Notes under the pieces: model-generated
Databases searched by the model: none
What the model was told of the DNA's origin: nothing
The model's input: only the letters and a program-made list of their open reading frames with translations
Translations under genes and position numbers: made by a program
Shown: in pieces, positions 11,575 through 25,409 of the stretch
Layout of the letters: the number at the start of each line of letters is the position of its first letter
How positions within the stretch are numbered: the first letter of the stretch is position 1
DNA from: Eledone cirrhosa
Taxonomy: Eukaryota
Length of the DNA stretch: 64,000 bases
Assembly (NCBI GenBank): GCA_964016885.1
Contig: OZ024740.1
Coordinates: 128,216,001 to 128,280,000 of the forward strand
Direction of reading: 5' to 3'

Positions 11575-13770
11575 CAGTAATAATAATAACTATAATACCG
11601 GCAATAATAAAAAGGGAAACAAAAGAATAGGGAAATATAGAGAAAAAAGAGAAAGAAAGAAATAAGCACGGGAAGAGGAGGGGACGGCAAAAGCACTGGT
11701 GTCGCAGAAGAGAGGGGAGAGGTGAAGGGGAAGAGTGATTGGGTTTTGGGCCTAGAGCAATATGGCAGAAGTGCTGCGCCCCGAAGACAAGACCGCAAAG
11801 TATTCCCGCGGACGATGGCCAGTGTCACCCACTACAACAGCCACCCAACCTCGCAGGGCTCCTTCCTCAGACGGGCCACCGAGGTTCCAATCTTACGGAG
11901 GAGCTCGGCTGTACGGGGTCCAAGTACACCTGAGGTCTCGACGGTGACCGGTGCGAAGAGGAAGCGGCCAGACAAATCCCGGTATTTGTTTATTTTTTGT
12001 TCTTCTGCGAGGCGGACCGCGATGCCGGGGTTTGCGGCCAAAACGACTAAGCTGGAGCCGGATACCGTTTCGCAGCAGGTGGCGTCCCAGATGAGGGACC
12101 TACCGCCTTCAAATGGGATGAGGGTGATTCCGTCGGGGCGCTTGCTATCTCTACGGTCTAGGCCTACTGGCTCCAGTTGAGATGGAAAGTCAGCTGCGTC
12201 CAGGCTCCTTCACAGTATGTCGTTGAGAGCGGCGTATGGGGGGGGGGGTCTCTGGTTGTAAGACAGAGGGTGCAGTGGTATTTATGTGGCTCACTCACGC
12301 TGAGGCCAAGACGTTGGGCTACACAAATGCGAGTGCACTCATCATCACGAAGAGTACCGGTTCATGAGGAGGGCACCGAATTGAGTCACGCACCGCTGTT
12401 TGGCTGAGAAGCGGAGCGGAGACAGGTGAGGTAGTGTTGATCCAAGCCAGATTTGAACCGCCTGACAGATGACCTGCAATTGATGTCGTCCCAGTTACGT
12501 TGGACCGTAGTATACTGGGGGATAGAGAGGCCTTCGCCTGTCAAATAGGCTCCATCTCAGGGCCCTCTGACTGAGAACCCCGCTGACGAGAGCATGACAG
12601 GAGGAGATTGAGGAGAGGTAGAGGGGTAAAGCTAGATCCGTACCTGATCGGAGGCCCAGGCCACCAAACATCGCTGGGACTGTCGCTTGTTGCACGCCTG
12701 TGCAGTCGAAACGGACATTGCAGTTGTATTCCGCACAGCGTCGAATGGTGACGCAGCCTCGTTGCCAATCGGGACAAATCCGTATACTTGGTCTCCAGGT
12801 ATTCTTTTATGGTTTTCGGGAGAATGGGGGGAGCCGAGAATGTATGCGTATACTTGGGTATCAGCCGAGCCCCGGCCAGGATGGGATGGGAGCAGAGTAA
12901 GGCGTTGCGGAATTCGGCCTCTCCGTAGCTGATGTTGGTCACCTCGGACTTGGTTGGGTTGATCTCAAGTCCAAGGAACTTTAGAGCTGGGATGATCTGT
13001 CGAACGTCCTCAACTACCGTCTCAGCCGGGCCGCCTACGGATGCGTCATTGAGGTACCAGACGTTGAAGAGTGACCGGACCGACCAGGCTACGTCGCTGA
13101 CTGCCAGCCAGAATAGGAGCGCGCCACGTGGATCCCCCTGCTGGACACCTGTGGCGGAAGTAACCCAGTTTTGAGCGGCCATGAGTGAGCTGGGTGCTCC
13201 GTACGAAAGGTGAACGAGGGGGTAGATGGAGGGGGCTCGTCTAAGACATGTCACTAGGACGTGATCTTGTCTAACGCTTTTGAAGGCGTTAGTCATGTTC
13301 ATCTTCACGAGGAGGTGGGGTGGCGAGGGAGGCGCGTGTTCAATGAAGTGTCTGGCCGCATGAGCTGCGGCCTCCCCACCGCACTTGATTCCCACTCTGA
13401 GCTGGACAGAGCTTAGCACCTCGGTCAGGTCATCTTTGACTGATTTGAAAACTACGTTGGCTGCAAGTCGTCGGTCTTGCTATGGGTGGTCAAGCTAGCT
13501 GAGAAGAAATGATAGAGGGTATAGCTGGACAAGTTGTCGCGGAGACAGTTGGTGAGGTCTGTTAATGACTGGAGCAGTCGGGCCCCTGCTTCCGCTGCGT
13601 GAGACGAGATGAGGTCACGGAAGTGACCGGGACGCCAGCCGTCTACTCCGTCACTTGTGCTATTAGGAAAAGATTTCGCTGGACGCTGCCGGGGAGAGAT
13701 TGCTGGGCGGGGTTGGAGCGTCCCTGATGTCCGCAGGAGGGTCCGGATATTTAAGGCGAAGCACTGACAA
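11575..13770 (-). mobile_element. Decayed CRE-like non-LTR retrotransposon, second family, 5'-truncated
   Basis: QLRVGIKCGGEAAAH, MNMTNAF, GVQQGDP, WYLND (mutated YLDD), QATVPAMFGGLGLR, SKRPDGITLIPFEGGRSLIWDATC (RLE), VETSGVLG. Confidence 0.85.
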
Positions 13771-14402
13771 TTTATTGTAATAGGAAATAAACCTCGTTGT
13801 TGTTCTGTTAACGCTTATCCATGTCCATTTTCGCCTCTTTCTCGTTTTTTAATCATGTGTCTATGACTTTCAGTTTGTTAGATGAGGCAAACTTCAATAC
13901 CTTCTTTTATCTTCTTTCGCCCCCCCCCCCCCATCCTTCTTCTGTCGCGTCGCAATCTCTCATATTGTTTTTATCGTGAGACGCTGATGCTTCCATCAGG
14001 CTTGTGACGATCAGTCCTCATCAATTTTACCTTCTTCGTCACTATGATGTTTTTGACGCAAAGAGTAGAGCTATGTTGATAAAATATCTGGTGTTAAGCT
14101 TGTTGACAGTCAGATAGAGCGGCATGTAGTCATTGATAGATAGTTAGGTAAATAAATAATTAGCAGATAGTCAGAAACATAGAGAGATACAGAGAAGTAT
14201 AGATAGATGTTGTTTTTTTTTCGAAGATAAATAGATATATATATGTCGATAGCTATAGATAACCACTGCTTTACGACTGATCATCTTGTCGACACCGTGT
14301 GAGAGAGAGGAAGGAGTAGAGCGAAGGTATCAAATTACCATTTCATTGCTAAAGGGGTGACATGTGAAATCTATGTTTTCTTTTAAAAATATGATTAGTA
14401 AA

Positions 14403-14615
14403 GGGCGATGGATTGGCCGAATTGTTAGAGTGTCAAGCAAAATGCTTTGCAGCACTTACGACGCTTTACGTTCTGAGTTCAAATAACGCTGAGATTAAGT
14501 TTGTCTTTCGTTCTTTCTGGTTCAATCAAATAATACCAGTCACGTACTGGCCAATATAATCGACTTTTCCCTCCCCACAAATCGTTGTCTTTATGCATGA
14601 ATTAGAAATCATTAT
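14403..14615 (+). mobile_element. tRNA-derived SINE (old)
   Basis: TTGGCCGAATTG A-box-like, GAGTTCAAAT B-box, degenerate core, AATTAGAAATCATTATT tail. Confidence 0.6.
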
Positions 14616-15094
14616 TCATTATATGCTTAATCAGTCTCTTGTTTTTTTGTTTACGAAATTTAACTCCAGTTTGACGTTCTTTCTTTAAATCATATTTAGA
14701 ATTTTGTTCATTTCTTATTTAAAAATTGTTACTAATTTGCATTAAAGATAAATTTAAATAATCTTTAATGCAAGAAATTAAATTAAAAAATAATCAATGT
14801 TTATTAAAACGGTAATGTACAAGACGATAATATTTTAATCCATATTTCGTGTGGTATCGGCTACTAAAATTCTAAAATATCAGAAATTATCGGCAAACTA
14901 GTGTTTTTTCAGCCCGTGGCGTTCAAGACGTTTGTGGAAAGCGAGCCAATGACAACGTGGTCCTTGTCATTGATGGCAGCTCACATTTCCGACGAATAGG
15001 GTGATGCTTGTTACGTCTTGGCTTGCGTCAAACATCATTAGAAAGAAATACCAGCACCTATTCTTGTGGCACACTCAGTGTGCATATCTTCTCA

Positions 15095-15352
15095 ACTTTG
15101 CCTTTCATCCTAACAGGGTCGATAAAATAAAGTACCAGTAATATAATGGATAATTAGTGGCCTTGTGCCAAAAGTAGAAATAATTATTTTTACGCCATGC
15201 TTTGCAGCATAGAATTACGCCCCTTTCTTGTCTTGAGTTCAAATCCTGCTGAGGTAAACTTTGCCTTTCATTCTTACGGGGTCGACAAAATAAAGTACAG
15301 TAATGCACTGGAATAATTGCTGGCCTTGTGTCCAAAAAGTAGAAACAATTAT
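15095..15352 (+). mobile_element. Two tandem 5'-truncated SINE copies
   Basis: CTTTGCCTTTCAT...GGTCGA(T/C)AAAATAAAGTAC...GGCCTTGTG...AAAGTAGAAA occurs twice. Confidence 0.8.
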
Positions 15353-16899
15353 TTTGCTCTGCTTATTGTTGTCTTACTTTTTCTCTCCCTGATTACATCC
15401 ATTCTGAATATTGTTCATCTTTACATAATTTATGTTAAGAAAATACATCCTGTTTCAGGTAGGGATTGTTTATCCTATTCAGAAAAAATACTTCTAATCC
15501 ATTTACGTTGAATGTTAGCAGTCAATCATTTGTAATAAATACAGATGTAAGCACTACGCGTTTATAATTAAGATGAATCTGTTAACCGAATAAAGCGATT
15601 GCTTCTTGGTTACTGTTTTCTTGTGACATCAATTCGATTAAAATGCGGAAATGCAACAACGAAACATTTTCTTCAACTTCATCTGATGCAAGTAGAGATT
15701 ACATTTATTGGAAAACTTCTTTCCAAATTCTTTTGCTGAATTCTCAGGCTCAACTGAACAAGAAAAAGGCATGGCGTTTTCAATTTCATTTTACATTCAA
15801 CCATCAGCCATCGTATGCTGTGCTGCAATAGCTACCTACAATGGCCTCTTCGTTAAACAGCAAAATATAAATTTTCCAGATTCCAATTCGAATCACATGT
15901 CACGGAAGCTACTCAGAGTAATACATAAGCTTACGATCTTTTCTTTCTATTGATACTGGATCCGGAAATGTAACCAAACTAGAATCCAGCACGTTTAGCA
16001 ATGAGCATACAGCGATGGTCATCGACCCATCAACGTCCACACTTCTAATTTTTCCTTTTTTCCTTCTATTTTTTCATTTTCCTTTTCCCTTCTTTTCCCT
16101 TCGTTCTATTTTTTTCTTCATATTTGCCCACTTACCCTTGAGAGGGTCGGAGGGGACCGAGTCCTCAAACACTCCTTCCAACGGGTCCTTTCAGAAGCAA
16201 CCACCTCCAAATGATCCGGCTGGATATCTCTTCCTAAGACCTGAACACGTCCTTTATCCCACGCGAAGGACGATTCATTATGGTCCTTTTTGGTGATCTC
16301 CTAAGCCCGATTACAACAGCATCTTTTGATGTACACGAGATGAATCTGGGAGCGGTAACTAATCTCACGGCGGATGATATTACAACAGCAGGTAAAGACC
16401 TCAAATGTGGTAAGGGCACCGGGAAAATGAAATCTGGCCCGAGATGTTAAAAGCTCCAAGTAGAGAAGATATTCTCTGGCTGATTCGTATGCGCCGACTG
16501 GCCAGGATCTCTGGAAAGGCACCCAAGGAATGGCAATCAGGAGTGATAATCCCAAATTTCGAAAAGGGAGACAAGAGAGATTGTTCCAATTACCTACATA
16601 CTTAAATGCTATTGTTGGGCTACACTGACCATGACCACTCTTTGTTCTACAAAGAACAAAATGTGAACAAGTGCAAAAATGCTGGAAATGTTTCACGAGA
16701 ATATTGGTTGAACAGGAACACTACATCAGTATTTGCAATCATCGCTGCAGTAATGGCACGTGAATGCTAATATCGGCCATTGTATTATTGCTTTATTTAA
16801 TCTATATATAATAAAGGGAGGAGTGCGAGACTGTGTTGTGTTTATTTTATTTCTTTATCCCCGTAGTAAAATAAGTTGTATTACTTTGAATAAATAATG

Positions 16900-17105
16900 G
16901 TGTGGACAAACCAGCAACTACCAGAGTAAAAGGTGAGCAGCGCTGGCAAACCTTTCTAATAATTTGTTTAGGCAAGCCAGCACGCTTGCAGCGTTACCGC
17001 GGGTGATGGCGATGCTGATGTGCTGGAACAGTCAAATGCCCTCACGAGTATCACTTGTTGCCTCTGTTAAGCAAGCCGCCAGTGAAGACAAGAACCTCGC
17101 GGCCC
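16900..17105 (-). mobile_element. CRE-like RLE 3' fragment inside the Helitron
   Basis: Similar to 4040-4170 (CAAGCCGCCAGTGAAGACAAGAAC; translates ...FQHISIAITRGNAASV). Confidence 0.6.
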
Positions 17106-17149
17106 TGTAGCCGCTGAATGGGATTCCTCCAAAGTAAGGTTTCTCGATA

Positions 17150-17460
17150 AAGTACGGTGCTCAGAAATCAGAGAGTCACCCCATGTAGATTCACTACTTC
17201 TCCGAATTGAAGGATCACAGCTCCGATACTATGGGCATGTGGTTAGAATGTCTCAAGAAAGAATCGCTGGACAGATTTTACATGCAAAACCAACCAACAG
17301 GAGATCAAGAAATAGACCCTGAACAAAATATTTGGATAAGGTCACACTTTTGGATCCAGCCAGATCAGTTAGAGGTGTTTGCTTCTGACAGACCCGCTGG
17401 AGGGACTGTTTGAGGACTCTACCCCCACGACCCTCTCAGAAATAAGTGGGCGATGAAGAA
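17150..17460 (+). mobile_element. RTE LINE 3' fragment
   Basis: QLRYYGHVVRMSQERIAGQILHAKP...RP and DRPA..DCL motifs typical of RTE ORF C-termini; a related end lies at ~16125-16190 (-). Confidence 0.65.
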
Positions 17461-17749
17461 GATATTGTCAATTTAATTTTCAATTTACGTATCATATATA
17501 TTTGCGTATAATACCAATATGCACACTACAAATGCTAACAGAAAATCACCCGAGGTCGGTTTCTCTGCTAGTACTAGTAATGCTGCTTGTATTGGATAAA
17601 TCAATAATCATATGGTATGCTGATCAGCAAATGATCATATTAATCACAAAAATAGAGGGAAAATGAAACATAAAAGGATTTCTCGTTGTCGCACATAATT
17701 ATGACTCTACAATTATTTAATCCTAGACAAACATGACACAACTGCTGAT

Positions 17750-18350
17750 GCTCCTCCATAAAATCTTATAGAATCGCAGAATTATATAAGCTTTTGTGTT
17801 ATTCTGGATTTATTCGATTATGGCACTATGCCGGATATAATTGGAAGATGTTAAAATAATTTGTGAAAAATGCATCATATACTCGTAAACGAAACTCTGA
17901 TTCTACCAATGTTTCTATGCCAACACAACCATTTGAACATTTTAATATCACCTTCAAATACCATCGCAATAAAACTTACCGTTACATGTGCTAACCCATG
18001 TTTCCCTTTGTACTGTGTTCACAAATAAAAAGAAAAACTACAGTAACTCACTGATTTCAAAATATACTTTTCATATATAGCGCTCCGGCTTCAATCTAAT
18101 CTAACAAAGGATCCCAGTATATGTCATGAAATGTATGTACTTTTTGCAGAAAAATAATTTACCTAAACTAAAGCCACTCTATAGTATCCTACTGGAAACC
18201 GTTAGATAGAAGATATAAATGGAACTATAGAGAAATACGACACAAATATTGTTAAAGAATGTTGGCAGATAAACAATTTAATGGCATTTTAGAAGAATCG
18301 CTCAATGTGATTGGATCACACATTTTCCCTCGCAAAAGGTTGTGAATTTC
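17750..18350 (+). pseudogene. Degenerate LTR-retrotransposon (Gypsy-like) integrase relic
   Basis: Fragments APASI*SNKGSQYMS and ATL*YPTGNR*IEDINGTI match the rve GxP..I.SD.G.QF and YxPxxNGxxERxNxT motifs. Confidence 0.55.
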
Positions 18351-18672
18351 AACTTCACGAAATACTTCGCTCAATTATTATTTATAGAATTTAAAGCATC
18401 GGTGAATGCTACGATTTATTACTTTTAATCCCGATGCATAATTATATACTTTAACTGTCAGCCATTTGCAATAATTACTCACATCCATTTCATAATTCTT
18501 ATAGAGAAGTCAAACGTTTTAGTCGATTGATTTTTCGGTTTGTCTTTCTCATTGTGAAATTAACTTACAAAATAACTTACTTATGAAAGTAAAATATATG
18601 TGAAACCCGCAGAAACAGCTGAGTACGTATTTTCTTAATGATAATTCATCAAATTTTCTCGTATTATATTTA

Positions 18673-19132
18673 CTAGTAGAAATACCACCCTTCGGGTGGT
18701 TTTCTGCCAGCATTTGTAATGTGCATATTGATATTATACGCAATTATATATGCATGTAGATATGATACATACAATATAATCGTAATTAACAATATACACA
18801 GAAATTGAACGAAGACTGCGTTACACTGTCTTATGTAATCAGTAACGTAATCCATGATACATTAAAAAAAGACGATATCATATATAAACTACATTAGGAG
18901 AAATTAGTGACGGAAATATATGAATGTTTATTTAAGCGATCGCTAACCGGAAGTGAATCTTAAAATAAGCAACCATATTATTTATATTTAATCAAGAATA
19001 ACGAATTTTAGTAGATACATTATGTAATATTCATTCCTTATTTATTCAAAGTAATCCAACTTATTTTACACACAGGATAAAAAAATATATTCTGGACGCT
19101 GTCCCGCACTCCTCCCTTTATTATAGTTTAGA
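18673..19132 (-). mobile_element. Non-autonomous Helitron, family H2 copy 2
   Basis: Minus strand: A|TCTAAACTATAATAAAGGGAGG start, hairpin AGAAAACCACCC-GAA-GGGTGGTATTTCT, CTAG|T end. Confidence 0.8.
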
Positions 19133-19437
19133 TGTTTTTGCATCATTTCTATTATATATTTTCTAAAATAATCTTATGTGCTGGTTTTTAAGATATTTGA
19201 CAGCACTCAATGGCAATGAAATCTCTGAATTATAGCAAAGAAAAGTTCTATTTACCCTACAGAACCGTATTGCTGCTAAATAATGAAGACGTGTGTGAAA
19301 GTAACCACTTTTTTAACTATGAATATGATACGAGATAATACAATATATATATATATAAACAAAAGTCGTTTTCGCTCTAACATGGTGGATACATAAATAT
19401 ATTCGTGAGTGAATAATAATAATATGATAATAATAAT

Positions 19438-19560
19438 ATTGTTTCTACTTTAGGCACAAGGCCAGCAATTAACCAGTGCATTACTGGTACTTTATTTTAT
19501 CGATGCCGTAAGGATGAAAGGCAAAGTCAACCTCGGCGGGATTTGAACTCAGATCGTAAA
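19438..19560 (-). mobile_element. 5'-truncated SINE
   Basis: Reverse complement of the 3' two-thirds of the SINE at 20815-21000. Confidence 0.85.
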
Positions 19561-19811
19561 AATATGATAATAATAATATTAATATTTGATGCGTTTGCAA
19601 CGGCCTCATAACACAATGTGTGTATTCTAGATGACTGACGTCATCATTTTTTTCCAATGGTAGAAAAAGAAAATAGTCGAGAATTGTTTCGGAGTTATTT
19701 CTCCTTATCAAGACTATCTACTCCTTCATCACTGCTACCCGCTGGAACTGCTGAGAATGCATTTTATTCTTGGGCTGATTAGCTTAATTTGCATTCCGAG
19801 CGATTTTACAT

Positions 19812-20450
19812 ATCATCATCATCATTTGACGTCCATGGGTAGCATGTTAGGACAGGCTGTTCCGTTGTGAGAGATCCAGGTCGGAACACCCACGTTTAGC
19901 TCACACAGAATTAGTTTTGTCTGGGTTTCCTAACACCAACAACATTTAGAGTTAGCTGAGTGCTTTTTGTCGTGATACCTAAACGACCAGTTTACTATGT
20001 GGGCTGGCTGGAGGATGTCCAATTAATAGTGTAGGATGGGAATGAAGAATTGGTGAAGTAGATATAGGTGTGGGATGATTACAACGATGTAGGTTTATGG
20101 GAGCGATGATTAGAGGGAAGGTGGTGCATACTAGATTTATGCCTCAACTCGTGCGTATGGGTGGGAGGATCTTCTGTATCACTGCATAGTGCTAGAGATC
20201 ACGGACCTGGGCCATTACCTTAGAGGTGTATTTGTGCAAGATCAACTTTAATTACCTCATCACTCATCATAAGTCTTCGTATAACTCCCCACTCCACGGC
20301 TTCCGTCGACTGTAAGCACTCTGCACATTTTTATACAGCTGCCATCCTTCATATGCATCAGATCTCCATACCAACACAATATCCTCCAATGCACACTGCA
20401 TCTGATTCCTCGTATGCCTAGTTTCTCTTTCAGTACGCTTATGATTTGCA
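19812..20450 (-). mobile_element. RTE LINE 3' fragment
   Basis: LKEKLGIRGIRC...WYGDLMHMKDGSCIKMCR homologous to the C-terminus of ORF 43135..45966; (GAT)n tail. Confidence 0.8.
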
Positions 20451-20814
20451 TATATATATAGATTTCACTAAGAGCAGTGATGTCAACATTCAGTCTTAAG
20501 AGCTTGTGTGCAGTAGAATGTAATGACATTCTAGAGGACTGATGGCTGCTGTGTTGAGAATGTTTCTTATATTTCAGATGTGATTTTCCGTTTTCTCAGA
20601 CATTTGCAGTTGAGTATGTACATTTGTTTCTTTGATGTCGTTTGACTGCATGGGAAGATGCTTGTTGACTGCGTTTTGTCAACTCGAGGTTTAAGAGATA
20701 AGCTTTGTTTATGCCACCTTTTCTAGGCCATTCTCCATGTTAGGAAAGCAATGCTGACCATGGTGAAAGAAAAATGAATATTGAAATACAAACGGCAAAA
20801 GGAATGTAAACCTG

Positions 20815-21000
20815 TGGGATTGGCAGTATCGGTAGAGGGTCAGACGCCATGCTTTCCAGCATAGTTACATCCCTTTACGATCTGAGTTCAAATCCCGCCG
20901 AGGTTGACTTTGCCTTTCATCCTTACGGGGTCGATAAAATAAAGTACCAGTAATGCACTGGGTAATTGCTGGCCTTGTGCCTAAAGTAGAAACAATTATA
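20815..21000 (+). mobile_element. tRNA-derived SINE, near full length
   Basis: A-box TGGCAGTATCGG, B-box GAGTTCAAATCCC, core GACTTTGCCTTTCATCCTTACGGGGTCGATAAAATAAAGTACCAG, tail AAAGTAGAAACAATTAT; many related copies in the window. Confidence 0.88.
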
Positions 21001-22280
21001 GTATAGTACAGAGAGGGAATTATGGAATGAACGAATAAATATGTAGTGAAACTTTACCAAAACTAAAACATATGAATCCATTGCTAACTATATGATCGTA
21101 TTATCTAAGAACACAAATACTTGTAAGAAGGAATACTAGTAGAAACATTAAGAATAATAGTATCATTATTATCAGATTGATGAACATCAACAGCAATACG
21201 TGTGTGTATGAGTAAACACCTCCAGAGTGAGGCCTACACCAACAGCGACAACACTGGTACAAAACAAGTGTATATAATGTGGTAATTGTTTAATGACTAT
21301 CTATAAATGAGTTTTATAGTAAGGCTAACCATTGAGACATTACTAGTTGCAGCAAACATTTTTACTGTTCCTTTACCCCCACTCACGAAATCTATCAATC
21401 TATCTATCAATCTTTCTATTTCTCTCTCCCTATCAATCGATCTAGCCAGCTATTTCTCTCACTCTCTGTACAAGCATAATATGATTTAGAAATTCCTATC
21501 AAAGTATTAATATGGAAAAGTAATACTGAAATAAGAATATATATATGTTATAAAGAATGAATAAATGGAAAAGTAATTGAAAGAAGAAACGTAGAGAGAG
21601 AATGCGAGAGAGTGGGTGAATAAGAATGTGAGAAAATTGAGTGTGAGAGTAATGGAAGAGAAAGAGAATATGAATATTTTCGTTTTATTATTTTTTCTCC
21701 ATAGCCATTACATGTTATTTCTTTGGGAAAAGTGGTAACCAAATAAATGTTATTTATAGTAGAAATGAAAAATGTCATACATACACATACACACACGAAA
21801 TGTCTCTCCTAATCACTTTTATAGAATGTAGCTCATTATAGGAATTTTGCTAACCTATATATACTAAGAGAGCTTATGTGGATGTATGCGTTGAGATTGA
21901 CATATACACATACTTAGTGTAAGTGGGCATCTGCATAAGAGTATGCATAATATTGCTTATGTATATAACCGAATGTTATATATCTCCCATTTCTATATAT
22001 ATATTTACACACACATGTACCCACAGTGAAAAAAGGAGGGTTACGATTTCTCAAATGGTCCAACTGCACCTTCAGGTATTATCAATTATTTTACACACAG
22101 TCAAATTTAGACTTATATATATATATATGTAGATAGAGAAATAGTTAGATAGATCGAGAGAGATAGATATATATAGTTGGATAACAACTATGTACCTATA
22201 GGTTTATTGACACATATGTGTAGGTTCATAATATATACACACATACGTATCTTTTCATTCTTTACATTTGAAGAACATTG

Positions 22281-22312
<32 letters not shown>

Positions 22313-22317
<5 letters not shown>

Positions 22318-22500
22318 CGAAGGAAAAGTGGTAAGGAACCAGGTGGACCATAACGCACCAAAGTACTCAATACTTGAGGTAGTAGAGTGGATATTAGGAA
22401 CCAGTAAGACCCCGACAGCTGAGCTCAAGCCGTTTCGACGGCTAATTCTGAATTAGCCGTCGAAACGGCTTGAGCTCAGCTGTCGGGGTCTTACTGGTTC

Positions 22501-22507
<7 letters not shown>
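22313..22507. mobile_element. Fold-back mini-element in (TA)n, family F1 (putative PLE 3' end)
   Basis: Perfect ~58-bp arms around T22449, ~78-bp unique extension on the left, TA tracts on both sides; second copy at 63141-63383. Confidence 0.75.
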
Positions 22508-22599
<92 letters not shown>

Positions 22600-22750
22600 T
22601 GCATTAATGTCTCATGCCAAATTCAATCATGGAACAATTTTTTTTTCATTAATGCTAAAGAGACATTTATTAATGGAACATGGAAGTTTTTAAAATTCCA
22701 AATGTCAGTAAATACGCATTATAGAAGTATATTATTCCATATATATAAGG

Positions 22751-22839
<89 letters not shown>

Positions 22840-22908
22840 CATATATATACATATATATATATATATATACATACATACATATATATACATATATATATAC
22901 ATACATAC

Positions 22909-22943
<35 letters not shown>

Positions 22944-22945
22944 CA
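22503..22945. repeat. (TA)n and (TA/CA)n microsatellite tracts
   Basis: Visible at 22503-22597 and 22757-22945. Confidence 0.95.
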
Positions 22946-25087
22946 TCCATACATACATATGGATTTATATATTATTCAAATGTGTTTGTTAAGTAGTTAG
23001 GTAATACCAAACTGAAGAATATTTCTATGAATTGAGTGCCTGTATTTAGATGGTTAAAGCAAGGCCTATTGGGTATGGAATACAAATTGAAATTAAATTT
23101 CATAGCTTCAATAGTTCTTATGAATTACATAATTGAAATCTGAAATCAAGTGGCTTCGAGTGATAGCTAAAAAGCATTAAAAAAATTGGTTGCAAATGAA
23201 AATCTTTTATTACAATAATCTAAGCACAGAGATTATGATCATCATGATCAAGATATATTTGCTTCCATTCTTTCTCTCTCACGTACACACTTCCATGCCA
23301 TCCATCATGATTTAACTATGAGTGTTTTACATTACATTTATAGTCATGTCTATTCTGCATCATCTTAACTGCAAGGTAAGATGCATATAATTTATGCTAT
23401 GTCTTTCTTGGTCTATTTCCATTCCTGTTTACATTTTAAAACTATCCTGTATTTCTTCTACATCAATCATGCATTATCTTTTAGGGGCATATTATATTCA
23501 GCAGTATGTGTTAGACCTGCACTTCAAAACACATACTTGGAAACTCATGAAATAACCTTTTAATGAAAATATCTATTGCTGGTATTTGTTATTTCATTTC
23601 CAATAAATTACCTATTTACAATTATTTAGTATTCATTATGAATATTCCTATTTTACACTGGTTAATACTGAGGTAACTTCAAATGGAACTTATTCCTAAT
23701 TTCACCCTCACTTATGTGATAAAGTCCCAAGTAGAATGAGAGGTACGACATGCTTATTGTTAAGCTTCAAGTCAGCTATGATTTAGCAGATTTACAATGA
23801 AAGGTATTCTAGTAGTGAGGATGCCATTTTTTCTTTTACTTCTCCCCAATTCTTCAAGTTGAGAGGGCTCTACAAACACGCGTCAATGACTGATAACTGC
23901 CTTAGTGCTCATGCTACGACAAAAACACCCACCCCACCCTGTAAAGTGTTAGTGTTGCTTCCACCACACAATGCAACCAATCCACAGTATAAAGTCATAG
24001 TGTTAGTGCCACAATGCAAAGCACTCATTACATGCTGTAGTTAGCATTAGGAAAGGCATCCCATCGTCTGACTTATATAGTCTCAGTATGTGTTGACCCA
24101 TCTAACTCATGCCAGCATGGAAAACGCATTTGTAAATAATGAGTGTATCTAGGTCTAAATTATCCAAAGTGTTGCTCCAATTTAATGATAGTAGGTTTGA
24201 TTTGAGGGAGATTTAGCAGCTATTTCTTGCAAGCAAGTAGTTACATATTAGCACTTGATATGTACTATTTTTGTTGAGAGAATTTGGGCGATAATCTTTG
24301 ATGGCGAAACAATAAAATTAATGGTCCTCAATTGCTCAAGAATATAATAAATTGAGAATTTTAAGAAAGCAGACTAATGTATGGTATTTCAAAAGTGTAC
24401 CATCAGAGTATTCTATTACTTTAGTGGTACAGTAAATTGGCATAGGAAAAGGAGTACCAAAATTTACCTTTGTCAATCATAAATTTACAGCTTACATCTG
24501 GTCATATATTAACTGAATACATACATGCTTAATTCACCTATCAAATATCAATAAAATAATAAATATACAGACATTTATTTGAAAGATATGGAATGTTGTT
24601 CAATAAATTGTACAGAAAAAATTCGAAAACAGCATTCATTGATATTCATGGATTGTCATGTTGAATAGATGCAAGTCAGTTTATTCAGCTCAGTAAACTG
24701 AGCCTAATCATAAAATATGACCTAACCAGAATCAATATATCTTTAATTCAAGAGCCAGCCAAATTGTTTAAGAGTTGATAAAGTAGTAGGCTAGAGTAGT
24801 AGAGGAAATACCATGCAGTAGCTGTTCAATCACTTTGCATACAAATGTCAGTGCCTATAATGACACTAATCCTAAGCTGTGTCTGCATTTGCCTTTCATT
24901 TGGATAACATCAGTGGCATGCAAAGTGGTGAGGTATATGCATGTGCAACTGCTTATCCCCTGATTTGCGTCTTGGAGAGGATGCAGGGCCATGTGTTCAC
25001 AACAACCACACACAAATGTATGTATGTGTATATATATATATATTATGAAAATAAAACAAAGAAGCCTTCAATACATCAAAAGTCTTT

Positions 25088-25132
25088 ATTAGCCAACAAT
25101 GTTTCGTCCTATTAAGGACTCATCAGGGCAAT
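25088..25132 (-). ncRNA. Minimal type I hammerhead ribozyme (inverted pLTR copy)
   Basis: Exact reverse complement of 27832-27876. Confidence 0.8.
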
Positions 25133-25409
25133 CAAAACCACAAGAAGTACTATCGGCCAATACAAGCCGAAAACTCCGACGAATATGGAGTGAACATACA
25201 CTAAAGTATTGGAAGATTATGGGTAAAAATATATAATAAAAATCACTAAGGAGGTGGATAACATTTAGAACCATATTACAAATATAGTCCAAAGCAAAAA
25301 AACTAGAGCTAAACAAAGGTGGTTATATAGAGCGGGAATTATATATAATACAATATAATATAATATAATATACTTGTAACAATATTAAAATTAAAATTAA
25401 AGGAAGTAT

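Larger units (their letters stand above)
16801..17571 (+). mobile_element. Non-autonomous Helitron, family H2 copy 1, containing retroelement fragments
   Basis: A|TC start, imperfect subterminal hairpin, CTAG|T end; both ~100-bp ends align to the reverse complement of 18673-19132. Confidence 0.72.

Noticed and set aside
16801-19132. Single TIR DNA transposon encoding an integrase
   Set aside because: The inverted ends are 5' termini of two Helitrons, each with its own hairpin-CTAG 3' end; there is no TSD.
20815-20900. tRNA gene
   Set aside because: A/B boxes are present but there is no cloverleaf; it is the head of a multi-copy SINE.
22670-22996. YIYI-rich ORFs here and at 7.3, 32-33, 58.5 and 61.7-63.3 kb
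   Set aside because: These are translations of stop-free TA/CA microsatellites.
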